From Pocillopora damicornis (taxonomy: Eukaryota), in contig NW_020846824.1 of assembly GCF_003704095.1 (NCBI RefSeq), positions 186,001 through 250,000 on the forward strand: a stretch of DNA of 64,000 bases, in the 5' to 3' direction. A model generated the notes under the pieces. That model had not been told where the DNA came from. It worked only from the letters and a program-made list of their open reading frames with translations, and made no database searches. Positions 62,016-64,000 of this stretch are shown piece after piece. Every line of letters starts with the position of its first letter. Position 1 is the first letter of the stretch. The position numbers were made by a program, and so were the translations under genes.

Positions 62016-64000
62016 CGGCAAAAATAGAAAGTAACCTTCACTACAAATATAATTTCTGTCGCTAAGACATATTTAAACATGTGTCAACCCTTGCAGCATT
62101 TTTCTGCCGAGAAGACCATGGAAACTAGCATGTAGTGCAGGAACTGACAATTTGTTGCGAACTTAATCGAAAAGAGTGATATGAAGTCCAAACATTCCCG
62201 GTTATTCTAATTTGAAGCGAGCCTTACTTGGAATTGTAAGCGGAGGCGGGCTGCGGTCGGCTGCGGTCAGGCCCAAGTATGCATGCGGATATTTTACATG
62301 AACAGATCGTGATGGGCCGAGAAAATTATTTCAATCTGAAGAATAAGAGAAGAGTTGAGATCGATCATAGATCGAAGTAGACTTTTACAATCTCTCTTTT
62401 CTATCCATTTCCTCGACCATTTGGGCATTGCTGATCTTGGTAATATGCAGTACTCTTGACATAAAATTAGTTATAGTTCAGCTCACAATGAAGTTCCCGG
62501 TCATTATAAGGGATATTTCCGGAGCACAAAATAGGGAAGGTTTGGGAATCGACTCCTTTTGAGCTAGCTGATAAACTTTTCCTCAAACTCGTGACAAACA
62601 TAAATAATATCTTAGTTCATTTGAAAGGTGTTTCCATCAGTCTCCTGTCATTCACCTCTGAACAGTATACATATATTCCAAATGGCTGGAAGTGTGGAGA
62701 ACAGAGTCCAAATAAGTTCGAAGCACGAGAGATTCAGAGAGGGCAAATAATACAATATTCTTAGAGCAAAAAGGAACCCGCGAATAACAACAGTCGCGTG
62801 TGACAAAATTATTCGCCTTCTATTTTTGCGCTTAAATAGTTGGGCCGCTGATTTCGATCAACGAGCCATCAAATTGGAGTCATTTAAGCTACTTTAACTC
62901 TTTTGAAACTTTCTAGCAGCAGACAATCAATTAAGCGGAAACGATCGATTGTGACGGTCTAATAAATTTAGCATAAAAATCGAGTTGAGAAGGATATAAA
63001 AAGACTGCCCACGCGTGATCTGAGAGACAGAAATGAAATGAAAGTCCACCTCAGCTGGTTGTGCTTGTCGATTTCTTTTTTTTTTTTTTCTTGTTCATAA
63101 ATCTCCTTTTTGACTTGTCTTCAATAATTATTTCTGATTTCTCATTGTCTTTTCTCTTATCGTTTTTTCAACGTTGAATTGACTCAAGAGTGGGTGATTA
63201 CACACCACGTGCACCTCATAGCTTAGTTCGGGTATCGTGAGGAAAAAACGATAAGAGAATTCACAATCATAAACCCAAATCGAACCTCGTGACCAAATAT
63301 GGTAAAGGGAAAATGATTTTTTTTTAATTTTTTTATTCCATTTTCGTGCTGAAGACGACGAGAGCCCTTAATGAAAAAGAAAAGACTCGAAATCTCAGAC
63401 GTGACTCCGGGAAATTACACGTTATCATTGAAAAATCTCTCCACAGAGCTATTCCGCTTGAAATTAGCTGAGAAAAAGGTGTGAATGAAGCGTGTGCGCC
63501 AACGACTTCCGGTACAAGCAAAAATTATCGATGACGTTGCGCGTTGGACTTTGCGCTATCTGCCTTATCGTTATGGCAACAAACGTTATTTCCCAGCATG
63601 CTTCCCTTCACCTTTCTTTTTTTAACAACTCACTGTAATGGAGTAAGCGAGTGGTTGAGAGGGAAGTTCGTACGATCGAACACGCCTTTCTACCCGAGAA
63701 ACTCCATACAGTTCAAGGAAACTTGTTTCTTAGTATCTTTTCTGTCGAGAGAGCTTAACCCGTTGATTTGAAGCTGAATTTGGACGTTTGGATTTGACTT
63801 CGTTTTGTTGATTCGCGACACGCCCGCTCGACGAACGCCATATTGGTTGTATTTCACAACTTTTCCTGACACAACATTTCCTGGAGAGAAGATACGAGCA
63901 GCCATTAGGCATAAACACTTTGCTTCTGAAAGTTTACGGTAAAGAGACGCTGTGGAGTTAGTACCATTTCCTAAAGAGAGATTTGTTTTGGAGAATCGTT

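Overview
AT-rich eukaryotic DNA with spliced genes and two N-gaps (26044-26053, 34882-35148). The protein families and interspersed repeats suggest a stony coral (inferred, not verified). Five protein-coding genes can be built by hand, all on the + strand, with consistent intron phases. (1) A small stand-alone SET/post-SET methyltransferase of a microbial-looking type (1776-2273). (2) A 343-aa secreted mosaic protein with a WSC-like, a C-type-lectin-like and a PAN/apple domain (4221-7667). (3-5) A head-to-tail cluster of three divergent nicotinic-type Cys-loop receptor subunits (14635-19819, 31320-36559, 49167-58340). The most interesting signal is a possible division of labour in this cluster. 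Subunits 1 and 2 keep the full aromatic box, whereas subunit 3 has lost Y190, Y198 and K145 and has a basic complementary face (R57, R119, Lys/Arg-rich loop F). All three carry Glu at M2 16' and in mid-M3, and two have Met at the 9' gate. This suggests a heteromeric cation channel for a non-acetylcholine, possibly zwitterionic, ligand (hypothesis only). The remainder is intronic or intergenic DNA with MITEs, foldback elements, a LINE 3' end and several orphan splice signals. No CRISPR array, rRNA or intact tRNA was seen.
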